From assembly GCA_000004985.1 (NCBI GenBank), contig GG738852.1: a stretch of 64,000 bases of DNA; one strand, written 5' to 3'. Shown here in pieces: positions 1-12,334 of this stretch. The notes below the pieces were generated by a model. The model saw nothing but the letters and a program-made list of their open reading frames with translations. It was not told the DNA's origin and did no database searches. Both the position numbers and the translations under genes were made by a program. The first letter of the stretch is position 1. Every line of letters begins with the position of its first letter. Source of the stretch: Naegleria gruberi (taxonomy: Eukaryota).

Positions 1-1
1 G

Positions 2-239
2 GGAAACTGTAAAGTTTTTACACGAGTCTAAGAATTCCCTCCAAGAATTGGAGAGGAGATTGAGATCATCATTCGGATTTAAAGTTGCATTTATTTCGGG
101 ATTTGTTCTTCTTGGATATTTACCATATGAAATTAGAAAAGTTGTTTCCGAAAAACAACCATCAATTATTTCGCTCACCAACAAGACATTAGCAAGAAGT
201 GAAGAAAGGAAACAAACTTTAAAGAATATGTTTGATTAA
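2..239 (+). CDS. 3' end of a gene that starts upstream of the window (partial CDS, unknown product)
   Basis: Frame 2 is open from the window edge to TAA at 237-239; ORF-track 48..239 is its tail. It has a hydrophobic segment (AFISGFVLLGYLPY). No recognisable family. Confidence 0.3.
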   Translation, partial: ETVKFLHESKNSLQELERRLRSSFGFKVAFISGFVLLGYLPYEIRKVVSEKQPSIISLTNKTLARSEERKQTLKNMFD

Positions 240-526
240 TTTATTAATTTAAATTAATTATCGGAGATGATAATAAAATTTCGAAGAGTCATGAGATTCT
301 TGGAAGGCAAAAAGATGATATTATAAAAACTAATTTCATTATTATTTAAATATTAACATGTTAATTATTGTGAACTAAAAGTTTTCAAGAAGGACTAAAT
401 GAGAGAATAGAGAAAGCATTAAACACACAATTAATCCACCCTACCATTTCTCCTACTATCAATACAAATGATAAAAAGCCGCTAATAACAACATTTTTGG
501 ACCATATGCTCTCTTATTGAATCTAC

Positions 527-3500
527 ATGAAGAAACATCAATGCATTAAAAATATAATAACAATAGAAAAAAATATTGCAACAATGTCCACTCAACCAAA
601 GACACTCACTGTTGGTCTCTTCCCATATCTTCCTTCTTGGAATGAAAATGGCAACGAAGTTAAATTGATCAATTTGATCAAGGATGTTTTGCCAACTCAG
701 GTTTCCGGATATAATATCGAATATACCGAATTTGATTGTTACAGTGATGCTAGTCTTCAAAGTCTTCCAGATGTTTTCTCAACTGATAGCATTTTCCTTC
801 CATATCTTGTTTCTTTGGGTGGTGTCAAGAGTTTGGATGAATCATTGGTTCGTGGTGTTACTGGTGATTTGCATAGTTTTGTTTCCTCAAGTGCCTCTGT
901 CAATGGTTCCGTTTATGGTTTCCCACAATACTTGTGCTCAAACTTTTTATTGTCCTCACCAAATGCTACTCAACAAGCATCTTCCCTTTTAGAATTGGCT
1001 CAAAAGGTTGGTTATGAACAAATTGTTTATCCAGATGTTGCCTCTTCTAGTTCTTTCACAGTTTTCGGATTGTATCAACAATTACTCCAATCATCATCAT
1101 CAGCTGCAGTTGATATCAAGGCCTCTGATCTTCCACAATCTGGTGACCAAGTCAACAAGGATATCACTCAAAAATATAGAACCATTTTGGATTCAACAGT
1201 TGTTGCCTCTCAAAGAGAATATATTAACTCTGTAAAGCAAGGTAAACCAATTTCAAACTACTATGTCGGATATAGTGAAAGTATGTGTGAAATTAAGGAT
1301 ATCATCAGAGATCAACAATACAATGTTCAACTCATTGGTACCTCTGATAAGCCATACGTTTATACTGATGTTTTGGCTTTGAATTCCAATTTGTGTGATG
1401 AAAAGCAAAAGGTTGCTGTTGAAGTTATCAAGAATTTATTGACTAATACTTTAGTTTTGGACTTGTTGGGTCTCGGATTAACTCTCCCAGCCAACAAGAA
1501 TGGTATTGCTCATTTGGCTAAATCATCAAACTTTTATGCTCAATTGAGCCAACAATTCGATGCCAAGGAAAGTGAAGTTAGAGTTTTGAGATGTGTTGAC
1601 TTTGCTAACAAGGAAGTTAAGAATTGTGCTGGTGTCTTGAGACCATTCCTTCAACATATTGCTGTTGCTACTTTGCGTTGTTTGACTGCTGACACTGTCG
1701 AAAAGGCTAAGAGTGGTCACCCTGGTATGCCAATTGGTATGTCACCAATTGCCTATGTTTTGTGGAAGTTCTTCTTCAAATCATCTAAGGATGATGTCAA
1801 TTGGTTGAACAGAGATAGATTTGTTTTGAGTAATGGTCACGGTTGTACATTGCTTTATGCCATGTTGCACCTCACTGATTGTAACTTGAGTTTGGATGAT
1901 CTCAAGAATTTCAGAAGTTTGCATTCCAAGACTCCTGGTCACCCAGAATATGGTCACACTGAAGGTGTTGATGCTACTACTGGTCCATTGGGTCAAGGTG
2001 TTTGTAATGCTATTGGTATGGCTCTCTCTGAAGCTCACTTGGCTGCTCGTTTCAATAAGGATGGACAAAATATCTTTGATCACCACACCTATGTTTTCCT
2101 TGGTGATGGTTGTTTGATGGAAGGTGTTGCTATGGAAGGTCTCTCATTTGCTGGTCACCAAAAGTTGAACAAGTTGATTGTTTTCTATGATGACAATAGT
2201 ATTACTATTGATGGTAAGACTGAATTGACCTTTACTCAAAATACTCCAGAAGTCATGAGAGGTTTTGGATGGCACGTAATTGTTGTCGACAAGGCTGATA
2301 ATGACTTGGTTGGTATTAAGGAAGCTATTTTGGAAGCTCACACTGTTACTGACAAGCCAATCATGATCGTTTGTAAGACTACAATTGGTTATTCCTCAAA
2401 GGTTCAAGGTACTGCTAAGGTTCACGGTTCTCCATTGGGTGCTGATGGATTGAAGAATTTGAAGGAAACTTGTGGTTTCACTGGTAATGATTTCTTCCAT
2501 GTTCCAGAAATTGTCAGAAAGGACTTTGCTACTGTCATTAATAGAAATAGTGAAAAGCTCTCTCAATGGAAGCAAGTTAAATCTGCCTATGATACCACTC
2601 ATGCTACTGAATCCCAACTCCTCCAAAGAATGATTAATCACGAATTGGAAGGTGATGTTATGGAAAAGTTGCCAAAATACCTCGAACAAAAGAAGATTGC
2701 TACCAGATCTACATCTCAACAAGTTTTGAATGCCATCTATCCACTCATTCCTTCTCTCGTTGGTGGTTCAGCTGACTTGACTCCATCCAACTTGACTGAT
2801 GTAACTGGATGTCAAGATTTCCAACCAAACAATAGAGTTGGTAGATATATCAGATTTGGTGTCCGTGAACATGCCATGGTTGCTATTGCCAATGGTATTC
2901 TCTATCATGGTGTTCTTAGAACCTATGTTGGTACATTCTTGAACTTTGCTTCATATGCTTTGGGTGCTATCAGATTGAGTGCCTTGTCTGGTCTTCCAAA
3001 TATTTATGTTTTCACTCATGACAGTATTGGTCTTGGTCAAGATGGTCCAACTCACCAACCTGTTGAAGTTTTACCAATGTTGAGAGCCATTCCAAATCAC
3101 ATTGTTTTCAGACCTGCTGATGGTAGAGAAACCAGTGGTGCTTATTTGTGGGCTGTTCAATCAAAGAAGACTCCATCCTCAATGATTCTTTCTCGTCAAG
3201 ATTTGCCACAATTGACTGGTACTGATATTTCAAAGGTTGCTTTGGGTGCCTATGTTATTCAAGGTGATGCTACTCCTGATGTTGTCCTTGTTGGTACTGG
3301 TTCTGAAGTTTCCCTCATGGTTGAAGCTGCTGAAAAGTTGAAGGCTAACCTTAAGGTTAACGTTGTTTCCATGCCAAGTTGGGAATTGTTTGTTCGTCAA
3401 TCAGAAGAATACAGGAAGACTGTCTTCCCAGATGGTATTCCAGTTGTCAGTGCCGAAGCTTCATCAACCTTTGGTTGGACAAGCTTTGCTCACTATGCTG

Positions 3501-3661
3501 TTGGTATGACTACTTTCGGTGCTAGTGCTGCTGCTGAAGAAGTTTACAAACTCCTCAAGATTACCTCAGACAATGTTGCTGAAAAGGCCACCAAATTGGT
3601 TACCAAGTATGGTAAGCAAGCTCCAAGACTCAGCTTGTCTCTTGTTGGTGAAGAACTCTAA
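527..3661 (+). CDS. tkt: Transketolase (TPP-dependent) carrying a ~370-aa N-terminal extension of unknown affinity
   Basis: 1044-aa single ORF. Residues ~375-1044 align end to end with yeast/bacterial transketolase (TADTVEKAKSGHPG, GDGCLMEG, THDSIGLGQDGPTHQP, C-terminal domain). ATG at 527; a second in-frame ATG at 584 (acaATGtcc) is an equally plausible start. Residues ~20-375 are not transketolase-like. Confidence 0.88.
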   Translation: MKKHQCIKNIITIEKNIATMSTQPKTLTVGLFPYLPSWNENGNEVKLINLIKDVLPTQVSGYNIEYTEFDCYSDASLQSLPDVFSTDSIFLPYLVSLGGVKSLDESLVRGVTGDLHSFVSSSASVNGSVYGFPQYLCSNFLLSSPNATQQASSLLELAQKVGYEQIVYPDVASSSSFTVFGLYQQLLQSSSSAAVDIKASDLPQSGDQVNKDITQKYRTILDSTVVASQREYINSVKQGKPISNYYVGYSESMCEIKDIIRDQQYNVQLIGTSDKPYVYTDVLALNSNLCDEKQKVAVEVIKNLLTNTLVLDLLGLGLTLPANKNGIAHLAKSSNFYAQLSQQFDAKESEVRVLRCVDFANKEVKNCAGVLRPFLQHIAVATLRCLTADTVEKAKSGHPGMPIGMSPIAYVLWKFFFKSSKDDVNWLNRDRFVLSNGHGCTLLYAMLHLTDCNLSLDDLKNFRSLHSKTPGHPEYGHTEGVDATTGPLGQGVCNAIGMALSEAHLAARFNKDGQNIFDHHTYVFLGDGCLMEGVAMEGLSFAGHQKLNKLIVFYDDNSITIDGKTELTFTQNTPEVMRGFGWHVIVVDKADNDLVGIKEAILEAHTVTDKPIMIVCKTTIGYSSKVQGTAKVHGSPLGADGLKNLKETCGFTGNDFFHVPEIVRKDFATVINRNSEKLSQWKQVKSAYDTTHATESQLLQRMINHELEGDVMEKLPKYLEQKKIATRSTSQQVLNAIYPLIPSLVGGSADLTPSNLTDVTGCQDFQPNNRVGRYIRFGVREHAMVAIANGILYHGVLRTYVGTFLNFASYALGAIRLSALSGLPNIYVFTHDSIGLGQDGPTHQPVEVLPMLRAIPNHIVFRPADGRETSGAYLWAVQSKKTPSSMILSRQDLPQLTGTDISKVALGAYVIQGDATPDVVLVGTGSEVSLMVEAAEKLKANLKVNVVSMPSWELFVRQSEEYRKTVFPDGIPVVSAEASSTFGWTSFAHYAVGMTTFGASAAAEEVYKLLKITSDNVAEKATKLVTKYGKQAPRLSLSLVGEEL

Positions 3662-3880
3662 ATCTTTTACAATACATTTTAATTTATATTCAAACATGCA
3701 CCTTTCTTTAATTGAGATTTGTTTCAATTTTTAATTGATTCAGTCATCTGTATTTTGGAAATTTGACAGTGTGCAAAATTTAATTTGCAATTTTAAAATA
3801 AAAATAACAAAACTTTTTAACGGTAAAAAACAGCACCAACACACAATAACTATTCGTCTTGGAACAATATCATCAACATT

Positions 3881-5725
3881 ATGTCCCTCGCCGATCAATT
3901 ATTGGAAAAGACCAAGCAACAAAAACTACGTTCGGCCTCAGCGTTTGCTCCGAACTTTAAAAAACCAAATATTGGAGGTGGAGCTGCTTCATCAACCCCC
4001 TCCAAAAGTAATAATACCAATAATAATAACAACAACAATAATAATAATACCACTGGACAAACGGAAGCCCATAATGAAGCATCGGCGATTGGCTCTGGAA
4101 GTGCACTCCTCTCTGTACCACCAACTTTGTCTCTGAGTTTCAATCCCACTCAAGATAATCCATTGGATCAATCCCTGTTGAGTACAACTTCATCCACCTC
4201 AATAATACAAGAGAGAGGTACAACATCCAATTCTACAATTGTTGGTGGCGATGATAATAATAATAATGCAATAACTGCACCATCATCATCCGATGATAAC
4301 AACACAAAGAAGGATAAAAGGAAAACCAAAACATCATCACGAGAAAAGAAGAGAAGGAGAAAAATCATTTATTCTGATGATGAAGATGATGAATATGTGG
4401 AACCTCCTCAAGATGACAATGAAGAGGATGCCATTTCAACCACCTCTGCCATGACAGCCACCTCCTCCAAATCAGCAACCAGTTCAAAGACTAAAAGACT
4501 CAAAAAACCAACAGGTGATTTTAAAACAATTTCGGATTTCATTCGGGATGCCATCTTGAATGACTATGAATCAGAAAATACCAATATTAATAATAACAAT
4601 AATAGATCTAATATGAATAATAATTCTTCAGCACAACAGAATGGAATTAGTGCTGATGAATTTATTAATGAAGAGGATGAATTTGAAATTGAAAATGATG
4701 ATCAATATAAGGATAGAGTACATCAAATTGAAATGGAGGATGATGAGAAGGATGATGAGAATGTTAATTCGGATAATATTTCTGCTGTGAGTGGAAAATC
4801 TTCCTACAAGAATTTTGTGGAAGTGAAAGCTCCATCAATTATTCCTCCTAATCCATATAAACCTGCAGATAATAATAGTGAATTTGATGATGATTATGAA
4901 CAGGATTTGGATTCAGAATTTGGAGATTTGGAGAAACCAGCAGGTGGTCCATCAGTTTTCTCATTCGATAGTGATGGTAACATTTTAATGAAACCAACTG
5001 AAACTGATGAAGCTTTAATCCCTTTCATGGAATCTGGAAGACAGGAATTTAACTATTCCAGAGCTATGAGATTGGCCAATCTTGATACCAATAAACCAGT
5101 CACTCAAGCCACCTATGCCAGAAAGGGAAAGGGAGAAAGATGGACAAAGGATGATTTGGAATTATTCTACGATGGTTTAAGACAATTTGGTACAGATTTT
5201 TCAATGATTTCTCGATTGTTCCCAAAGAGAACGAGAAGAGAAATTCATCAAAAGTACAAGAATGAAGAAAAGAAGAATAAGAAAAAGATTGAATTTGCAC
5301 TCAAGAATAGAGCTCCAATAGACATGACACTATTCCAAAAAAAGAGCAAGGAAAAAGATAAGATTCAAGGTATTACCAGAAAGAAGGTCACTAAAACAAC
5401 CTCAGAAGGTGCATCCAATAGTGAAAACAATGAAGATGAATGGAAAGAAGTCACAAGCTCCTCAAAGACTACCTCCAGTTATGAGCAGGCAATTGATGAC
5501 GAGTTTGAGGAAGACGAATTTGATATCGATGATTATGATCCTGAAGAAGATGAAAAGAAATACGAAAGACCTGTGTCAAAGCCTCAATCTTCAACGGCTA
5601 GCTCTGCAACCAATGCTAATAATAACCAGGATGAATTTGAGGAAGTTGAAGGCAATGAAGAAGATGAAACCTTTGACAATTTTGGAAATAATGTTTTGGG
5701 TAGAGGTGAAGATGAGTTTGAATAA
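3881..5725 (+). CDS. TFIIIB B'' subunit Bdp1-like protein (extended SANT domain), with poly-Asn and acidic tracts
   Basis: ATG at 3881, 614 aa. The SANT core WTKDDLELFYDGLRQFGTDFSMISRLFPKRTRREIHQKYKNEEKKN matches the Bdp1 signature (GTDFSMI..LFP.R.R.EI..K.K.EEK.N). There is a 12xAsn run near the N-terminus. Confidence 0.7.
   Translation: MSLADQLLEKTKQQKLRSASAFAPNFKKPNIGGGAASSTPSKSNNTNNNNNNNNNNTTGQTEAHNEASAIGSGSALLSVPPTLSLSFNPTQDNPLDQSLLSTTSSTSIIQERGTTSNSTIVGGDDNNNNAITAPSSSDDNNTKKDKRKTKTSSREKKRRRKIIYSDDEDDEYVEPPQDDNEEDAISTTSAMTATSSKSATSSKTKRLKKPTGDFKTISDFIRDAILNDYESENTNINNNNNRSNMNNNSSAQQNGISADEFINEEDEFEIENDDQYKDRVHQIEMEDDEKDDENVNSDNISAVSGKSSYKNFVEVKAPSIIPPNPYKPADNNSEFDDDYEQDLDSEFGDLEKPAGGPSVFSFDSDGNILMKPTETDEALIPFMESGRQEFNYSRAMRLANLDTNKPVTQATYARKGKGERWTKDDLELFYDGLRQFGTDFSMISRLFPKRTRREIHQKYKNEEKKNKKKIEFALKNRAPIDMTLFQKKSKEKDKIQGITRKKVTKTTSEGASNSENNEDEWKEVTSSSKTTSSYEQAIDDEFEEDEFDIDDYDPEEDEKKYERPVSKPQSSTASSATNANNNQDEFEEVEGNEEDETFDNFGNNVLGRGEDEFE
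4009..4056 (+). repeat. (AAT/AAC)n trinucleotide tract encoding a poly-Asn run inside the Bdp1-like gene
   Basis: aataataataccaataataataacaacaacaataataataat is translated as NNTNNNNNNNNNNNNT. Confidence 0.6.
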
Positions 5726-5735
5726 AACAAATGAT

Positions 5736-6815
<1,080 letters not shown>

Positions 6816-7036
6816 TCATGAGGCTCTTCCACCATCATGTTGAAGGTTGTTGTTTTCCCTCCAAAAATTAAATATGTATGATTTAGATATTATAATAATA
6901 ACATGTTGTTTGTAGAAATAAACAAATTGCAAGTCCCGATAATGAGTTTAAAAAAAGTGGTGCTGGCGATAGTGTTTGGTACATGAAAATGATTATTTAA
7001 ATAAAAAATAAAAAATTGTAAATAATTGAAAAAAAA

Positions 7037-7864
7037 ATGCGTAGCTTTATTTCTAATTCATCCTGCAAGGCTTTGGCCTTTGGTTCTAAACCATCACCAG
7101 GTTCTCTCTTCTTAAAAACACAACAACAAAACTTCCATACATCCATCCGACCAAGTGAAAAGCAACAAGAAGGAGAAGAAAATCTTCCATCACCACGTTA
7201 TATTGAAGATACCTTCCCAGTCGCTAAATCACACATGAAGGAAAGATATATGCAACCACCTAAACTCGATAGACACGGTAACCCAGTTTGGGATTATACT
7301 AAAATGAAAGCTTTTGATAAATCTAAATATCCAGCTATTGAATCACCATTCCTCACAATTCCAAAGAAAAAGAGACACGAATGGAAGGTCAGAGATTATA
7401 ATGACAAAACTACTGTGGAATTTCGTTGTGGTATCAAGTCTGATGACTTTTTAGCTACTGGAATGTCCTCCACTGAAACACCAATTGGTATGGAAGGAAA
7501 TGATGCTGGTATTCTTTCACCAGTTTCCGATTCTGCTTTGGAACAAGTCAAGAAGATTTTCAACTGGGACACTGCCTCAAAACCAGAAATTAACAAACAA
7601 AAGAAGCAAACTCAAATTTTGCGTTTCCAAATGGCTCCACGTGATACAGGAAGTGCACCAGTTCAAATTGCTGTCCTTACTGAACGTATCAAGGCTCTCA
7701 CTGAACATTTGAAAACCAACCACAAGGATTATGCTTCATCAAGAAAATTGCAAGTGATAGTCAATAGAAGAAAGAGAATGATGAGATATTTGAAGAGGAC
7801 AAATCCTGATACTTATTGGGAAACCGTTCGTAACTTGGATATGAAGATTAGTTTGGTAGATTAA
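7037..7864 (+). CDS. Mitochondrial ribosomal protein S15 (bS15 family) with N-terminal presequence
   Basis: C-terminal QIAVLTERIKALTEHLKTNHKDYASSRKLQVIVNRRKRMMRYLKR matches the bS15 helix-hairpin signature. The N-terminus is Ser/Arg-rich. ATG at 7037. Confidence 0.65.
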   Translation: MRSFISNSSCKALAFGSKPSPGSLFLKTQQQNFHTSIRPSEKQQEGEENLPSPRYIEDTFPVAKSHMKERYMQPPKLDRHGNPVWDYTKMKAFDKSKYPAIESPFLTIPKKKRHEWKVRDYNDKTTVEFRCGIKSDDFLATGMSSTETPIGMEGNDAGILSPVSDSALEQVKKIFNWDTASKPEINKQKKQTQILRFQMAPRDTGSAPVQIAVLTERIKALTEHLKTNHKDYASSRKLQVIVNRRKRMMRYLKRTNPDTYWETVRNLDMKISLVD

Positions 7865-7911
7865 TTTTTTAAATTTTATTGTATTAAAAAACACTTTTTT
7901 GGAATAATAAT

Positions 7912-9177
7912 TTACATTTTTAATTTCCAGAATTTGACTGCACCATCATCAGAACATGATGATAACAAACCAAATTCATTCTTATTCCATATACAACAAT
8001 TAATGTCAGAATCGTGTGCATTAGCAATTTTGGTTAATAATTTGAGTTGTCTTGTGGTGGTATCAAATTGATAAATTGCAATAGTGTTATCACCTCCAGC
8101 TGTTGCAACAAGAGAAATCGATTGACCAGTAGATGGATGTTTGTAAACACACCAATCAACATAATAAATCGTTCTGGTGTGTACATCTGAAATTGTTTGA
8201 ACTTGGGTTACATTCATATCAATATAATTGCCTACTACATCTTCACGCCAGAGAATGAGTGACTTATCATCTCCAACACTAACCATATATTGAGGATATT
8301 CAGGGTCATCACTACTCAATTGAGGTTCAAATGCAAGTCCCCAAACAGTGCTGGTATGGCCTCTCAAAATACCAACACATTTCCATTCATCACTTTGACG
8401 ATCGTGATCTTCTTCAAATCCTCCTTCTTTCCATATACGAATTGTATTATCATAGGATGCACTATATAATAAGGATGGCATATTTGATCTTGTCAATGGA
8501 TGCCAAGCAACAAATTTAACATCTTGAGTGTGACCACTGCAAACAGAATTACAATCAAAATCAGAGAATCCAACCTTATCAATTGCTTCCCAAACCCAAA
8601 CAGTTTTGTCACGTCCGCACGTAGCCAAGAGTCCACAATCACCATCCTCTCCATCATGATCATCGGATTGATCCATCAATGAGGCTGATTTATAATTCCA
8701 AGCTACGGATTTTACTTCATTTTCATGTCCTTCTAAAGTAGATACACATTTCAATAGTCCTAAATTTGCTGATGTTGTTGGTGATGATTCTTTGCTATTT
8801 TGTGATTCCTCTTCCAAGGCTTGTAAATGATTTTGCAATTTGTTTTGCAAAAGAATCCAAATAGAGCTTGTACCATCAAAACTAGCACAAGCAAGAGCAT
8901 TTCCACTCGGAAGAGACCAATCTACTCTCCTAATTGTTCTATTATGTTGATTTTCCAACACATCAATACACTTGGCAAATAATCTTCCCGAAGGACTCAA
9001 CACTCTCACATAATACAACCTCACAGTCTTGTCCGATGAACAAGTTGCCAATAAATTAGAATATTTTGGATGCCAAGCTATCGACCAAACACTCTCCTCA
9101 TGATCAGAGACATTTCCCTCCACTGCACTAATAATTTCTTGTGTTGTTAATGCTGCTAAATCGTCGTTTGTGGTCAT
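7912..9177 (-). CDS. WD40-repeat protein, Cia1/CIAO1-like (cytosolic Fe-S assembly)
   Basis: 421-aa single exon with seven WD-like repeats (WSIAWHP, AWNYKSASL, VAWHPLT, WDVHW etc.). ATG at 9175-9177. Confidence 0.6.
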   Translation of the reverse strand: MTTNDDLAALTTQEIISAVEGNVSDHEESVWSIAWHPKYSNLLATCSSDKTVRLYYVRVLSPSGRLFAKCIDVLENQHNRTIRRVDWSLPSGNALACASFDGTSSIWILLQNKLQNHLQALEEESQNSKESSPTTSANLGLLKCVSTLEGHENEVKSVAWNYKSASLMDQSDDHDGEDGDCGLLATCGRDKTVWVWEAIDKVGFSDFDCNSVCSGHTQDVKFVAWHPLTRSNMPSLLYSASYDNTIRIWKEGGFEEDHDRQSDEWKCVGILRGHTSTVWGLAFEPQLSSDDPEYPQYMVSVGDDKSLILWREDVVGNYIDMNVTQVQTISDVHTRTIYYVDWCVYKHPSTGQSISLVATAGGDNTIAIYQFDTTTRQLKLLTKIANAHDSDINCCIWNKNEFGLLSSCSDDGAVKFWKLKM

Positions 9178-9416
9178 TTTTTAGAGTTTCGTTTTTTCCT
9201 TGGTTTTTTTAATTGAGAATCAAAGATTCAGAAAGGATGGAAGATACGGAGATCCATCATATGTGCATGGACATGAATGTTAAGAATATTATTTGAGAAT
9301 AGACAATTTATTCTTCAAAGAGTTATTGAGGGGAGTCACAAATAATTTTAAGGTCAAATGTGTGTTAAGCTTGGTATCCATTAAATGTTTCAAAAATTTC
9401 GATCGGGATGGGTATA

Positions 9417-11086
9417 TTAGACAACGATTGAATCTTCCACCTTATCTTCAATTGGAGGTTCAGTTGGAGTTGTTTCATTGTTACAAACAATTGGTTGATT
9501 TTCTTCCAAGATGACCTGAACATGATCATTATTAACAATAATTGGTTGATTTTCCTCTGAATCAACTTTCTTTTCCTCCAATAATTTAACACCAACTTGT
9601 TGTTGAGGTCGAGGAGAAAGTGGTTGAACTCTAGATTTTCTCTTTTCATTTCTTCCACATGTATCCATAACACTCTTATCAGATAATTCCTTTGCTTGAT
9701 CATATCGTGAGCTATCTCCTCCACTCTGAGATGATTTCTCCTTCATCTCATTTAATTCCTTTACTGCTCCTGTGAATAAGGGATGATACAAGCTGAAAAC
9801 AAGACATGCAAAGATTACAATTCCAACATTATTAAAAAAGTAAAAGACCAATTTCAAATGTAAATATTCACTGGAGAGAGCAATGAAAATGCCAGCAAAT
9901 AATTGAATGAGAGCACTAATATTAACACCCAATTGGAGAATGACAACTTTTCTCAGGGATTGTTGGTTGGATTGTTTGTTGTGCTTGCTTGTTCTACGAC
10001 GAATGACACTGAAAACTGCACATCCGACTATCTGTTCAAGATAAACAATATTACATAGATTCCAATAAAATTTAAATTCATATTAAAATGTTAAACAAAT
10101 TGTTGAAATTATTTTGAAAAACTCACATTTGAAATAAGTCCATGAAACACAACAGTCACCACAAATATAATATACACAACCACATAGAGATAGGTTTGAA
10201 AATCAAACGCAATTCTAATCTTGATAATAAAATAACTAATAGCAGTGGCAGTAATAACCAACAGCAAGATAACAATAGCTGAACCTCCCAAAACATTTAC
10301 CAAATATCTAAGTATGGTCATCTTTCTTGTAGAGATAATACCAGTAGCCATTCCTACCGTATTTAAAAACACATTGGAAATAAATAAGATGATGAATATA
10401 ATGAGGGTCATGTTCTGAACTTGTGTCATGATTTCAAATGATCCCATCAAGTAGAGGGCTATTACTTTCGAGTCCTGGACGCCTGCCTGGGCCGCACTTG
10501 TAGTTGAATTCATTGAGCTCAAAGCTAGGTTGGCTGTTTCTATTCCTTCCTCCTTCTCAATGGTTGTCAATATGTCGTGTACAATATTAATGGTCAAGCT
10601 ATCGAATATTCCTCTGAAAGTCAATCCAACACATTGAATTATCAGAAGGATAATAACAAGTGTTAGTAAAATCTTTTGATTTCTTGCCATTACCTTTCGA
10701 ATATCCTTTCTTGTCATGAAAACAGCAATGAAAGTAACCAATCCGAGAAAGATGGGTATGAAAATAACTTCAATACCCAGAGAAATCCCACTCAATGTAT
10801 AAGGGTCCAAGTGTTGTAGATAAATTTCTGAAGCAATTCTATTCGAATTATTCAGTATGGTAGTTGTACTGCTACTGTTATTATCGTTTGAAGAAGAGAA
10901 AGAGGTTTCTATTGTTGAAGATGACACTCCAACTTTTGTAGATGAAGATAACAACATTTGAAGGAGAGACATTTTTCGATGCTTAGATATTTGAATGGTG
11001 CACTTGTTGTTGAATGATTGGTACCGGCATGTAATCTCTCTCTGACTTTTCACGATAAGAGTGTTTGTTGCAAAATAATTGACCAT
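9417..11086 (-). CDS. Multi-pass membrane protein (about 9-10 TM), unknown family; 2 exons
   Basis: Exons 10127..11086 and 9417..10031 (minus strand), joined by a 95-nt GTGAGT..AG intron (10032..10126), phase 0. ORF-track 9417..9932 begins at a TTG, not ATG, and is in frame after splicing. ATG at 11084-11086. Confidence 0.5.
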
Positions 11087-11333
11087 GCAACCAAATTGAA
11101 ACAGAAATTGTGTAACATGATCCGGTTTAGTTCAGGTATTAAATCCATGAAGCAAGATTTGGAAACAATTGATTTAAATTGCGTAAATATTATATAATAG
11201 CGGGCTTCTTACCACGAAGTTTGACAGGATTGGAGTTTATAAAGGCCAAAGGCTCAATTAACCAAGTTTACAACATTTGGGAATTCATATGCTTAACATA
11301 GGTTTGAGTGAACAGTAGTTTACAATTAATTGT

Positions 11334-12284
11334 TTAGAACAATAAACGTTTTCTATTGAGTAAAAAGAAGAGTAATCCTCCAAAGGCACCACCCAAATGG
11401 CCACTGGCACTCACAGATGAATCCCTATTCGTATACCAACGGTAACATTCAAATGCAATGAATGAGTAAAATACACTTCTCAATTTAAATTGGAATGGTA
11501 AGAAGAAAATTCCCACTGGAATGAATGGATGTACTTGTGTCACAAAAGCTAATAATCCAAATATGGCTCCACTGGCTCCAACACCAACACTGTAATATTC
11601 GTGAGGTCTATTTAAAATTGTACTTCCAATCCACTTATCCAAAATGTAAACAGATGAGCCAACCAATCCACAGAATATATAACCTGGCCAGAGTAATCTT
11701 CTAGTCATTGGCATCATTCTTCCAATTTGACTCAATGCATACATGTTCATGAATATGTGTAGCAAATCGGAATGAGTAAACATGCTGGTTAAAAGTGTAT
11801 GTAATCTTCCTTCTCTTAAATTATGTACTGAAACTCCTAAATAAGTGACCATCTCTTCTCTTGTTAGGAAAATATTAGAGAGGACAAACACAGCAACATT
11901 GAGAGCAATTAATTTTTGAATTCCAGTCAATCTAAATCCACCACCATCACCTCCGAAATAACTTTCTCCTCCATGTCGATATGATCTTCCCATATTTTTC
12001 AATTTTCCCATCCATTCATCAAATACATTTTTCATATTTAAATTTGGAAATCTTCTTGATATTACATGATATAAATTATTTAAAATTGAAGAATAGATAG
12101 ATTCTTGTCTAATGATCGTACTACTAGTTGATGTTCTTAATGTGGTTTGTAAATTTTTGACCAATCTCGTATTACTATTCATCAATTTTTGAGAGGATGA
12201 ATTAAACAACCTCCGAGGATTCATTGAAAATTTATTAATCATCGAGCAAGTCGATGAAGAAGCAGCAGAACAATAACGCAACAT
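11334..12284 (-). CDS. Rhomboid intramembrane serine protease, PARL/Pcp1-like (mitochondrial type)
   Basis: Catalytic GASGAIFGLL (Ser) and HLGGAFGGLLFF (His) motifs. N-terminus is presequence-like. ATG at 12282-12284. Confidence 0.8.
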   Translation of the reverse strand: MLRYCSAASSSTCSMINKFSMNPRRLFNSSSQKLMNSNTRLVKNLQTTLRTSTSSTIIRQESIYSSILNNLYHVISRRFPNLNMKNVFDEWMGKLKNMGRSYRHGGESYFGGDGGGFRLTGIQKLIALNVAVFVLSNIFLTREEMVTYLGVSVHNLREGRLHTLLTSMFTHSDLLHIFMNMYALSQIGRMMPMTRRLLWPGYIFCGLVGSSVYILDKWIGSTILNRPHEYYSVGVGASGAIFGLLAFVTQVHPFIPVGIFFLPFQFKLRSVFYSFIAFECYRWYTNRDSSVSASGHLGGAFGGLLFFLLNRKRLLF

Positions 12285-12334
12285 TTTTTAATCTAATAAA
12301 ATTTTAATATTTAAAAAATTTAAAAATTGCAACA

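Noticed and set aside
584-1700. Calling the transketolase N-terminal extension an NMT1/THI5 (HMP-P synthase) domain
   Set aside because: Only a vague periplasmic-binding-protein-like impression; the characteristic THI5 CCCFC motif is absent. Left as unknown.
3895-4149. Antisense and overlapping small ORFs listed in the track (e.g. 3895..4149 poly-Leu, many 60-140-aa ORFs inside the PKS and other genes)
   Set aside because: They lie opposite or inside strongly supported long coding regions, are low-complexity mirror translations of codon-biased sequence, and have no motifs. I consider them spurious.
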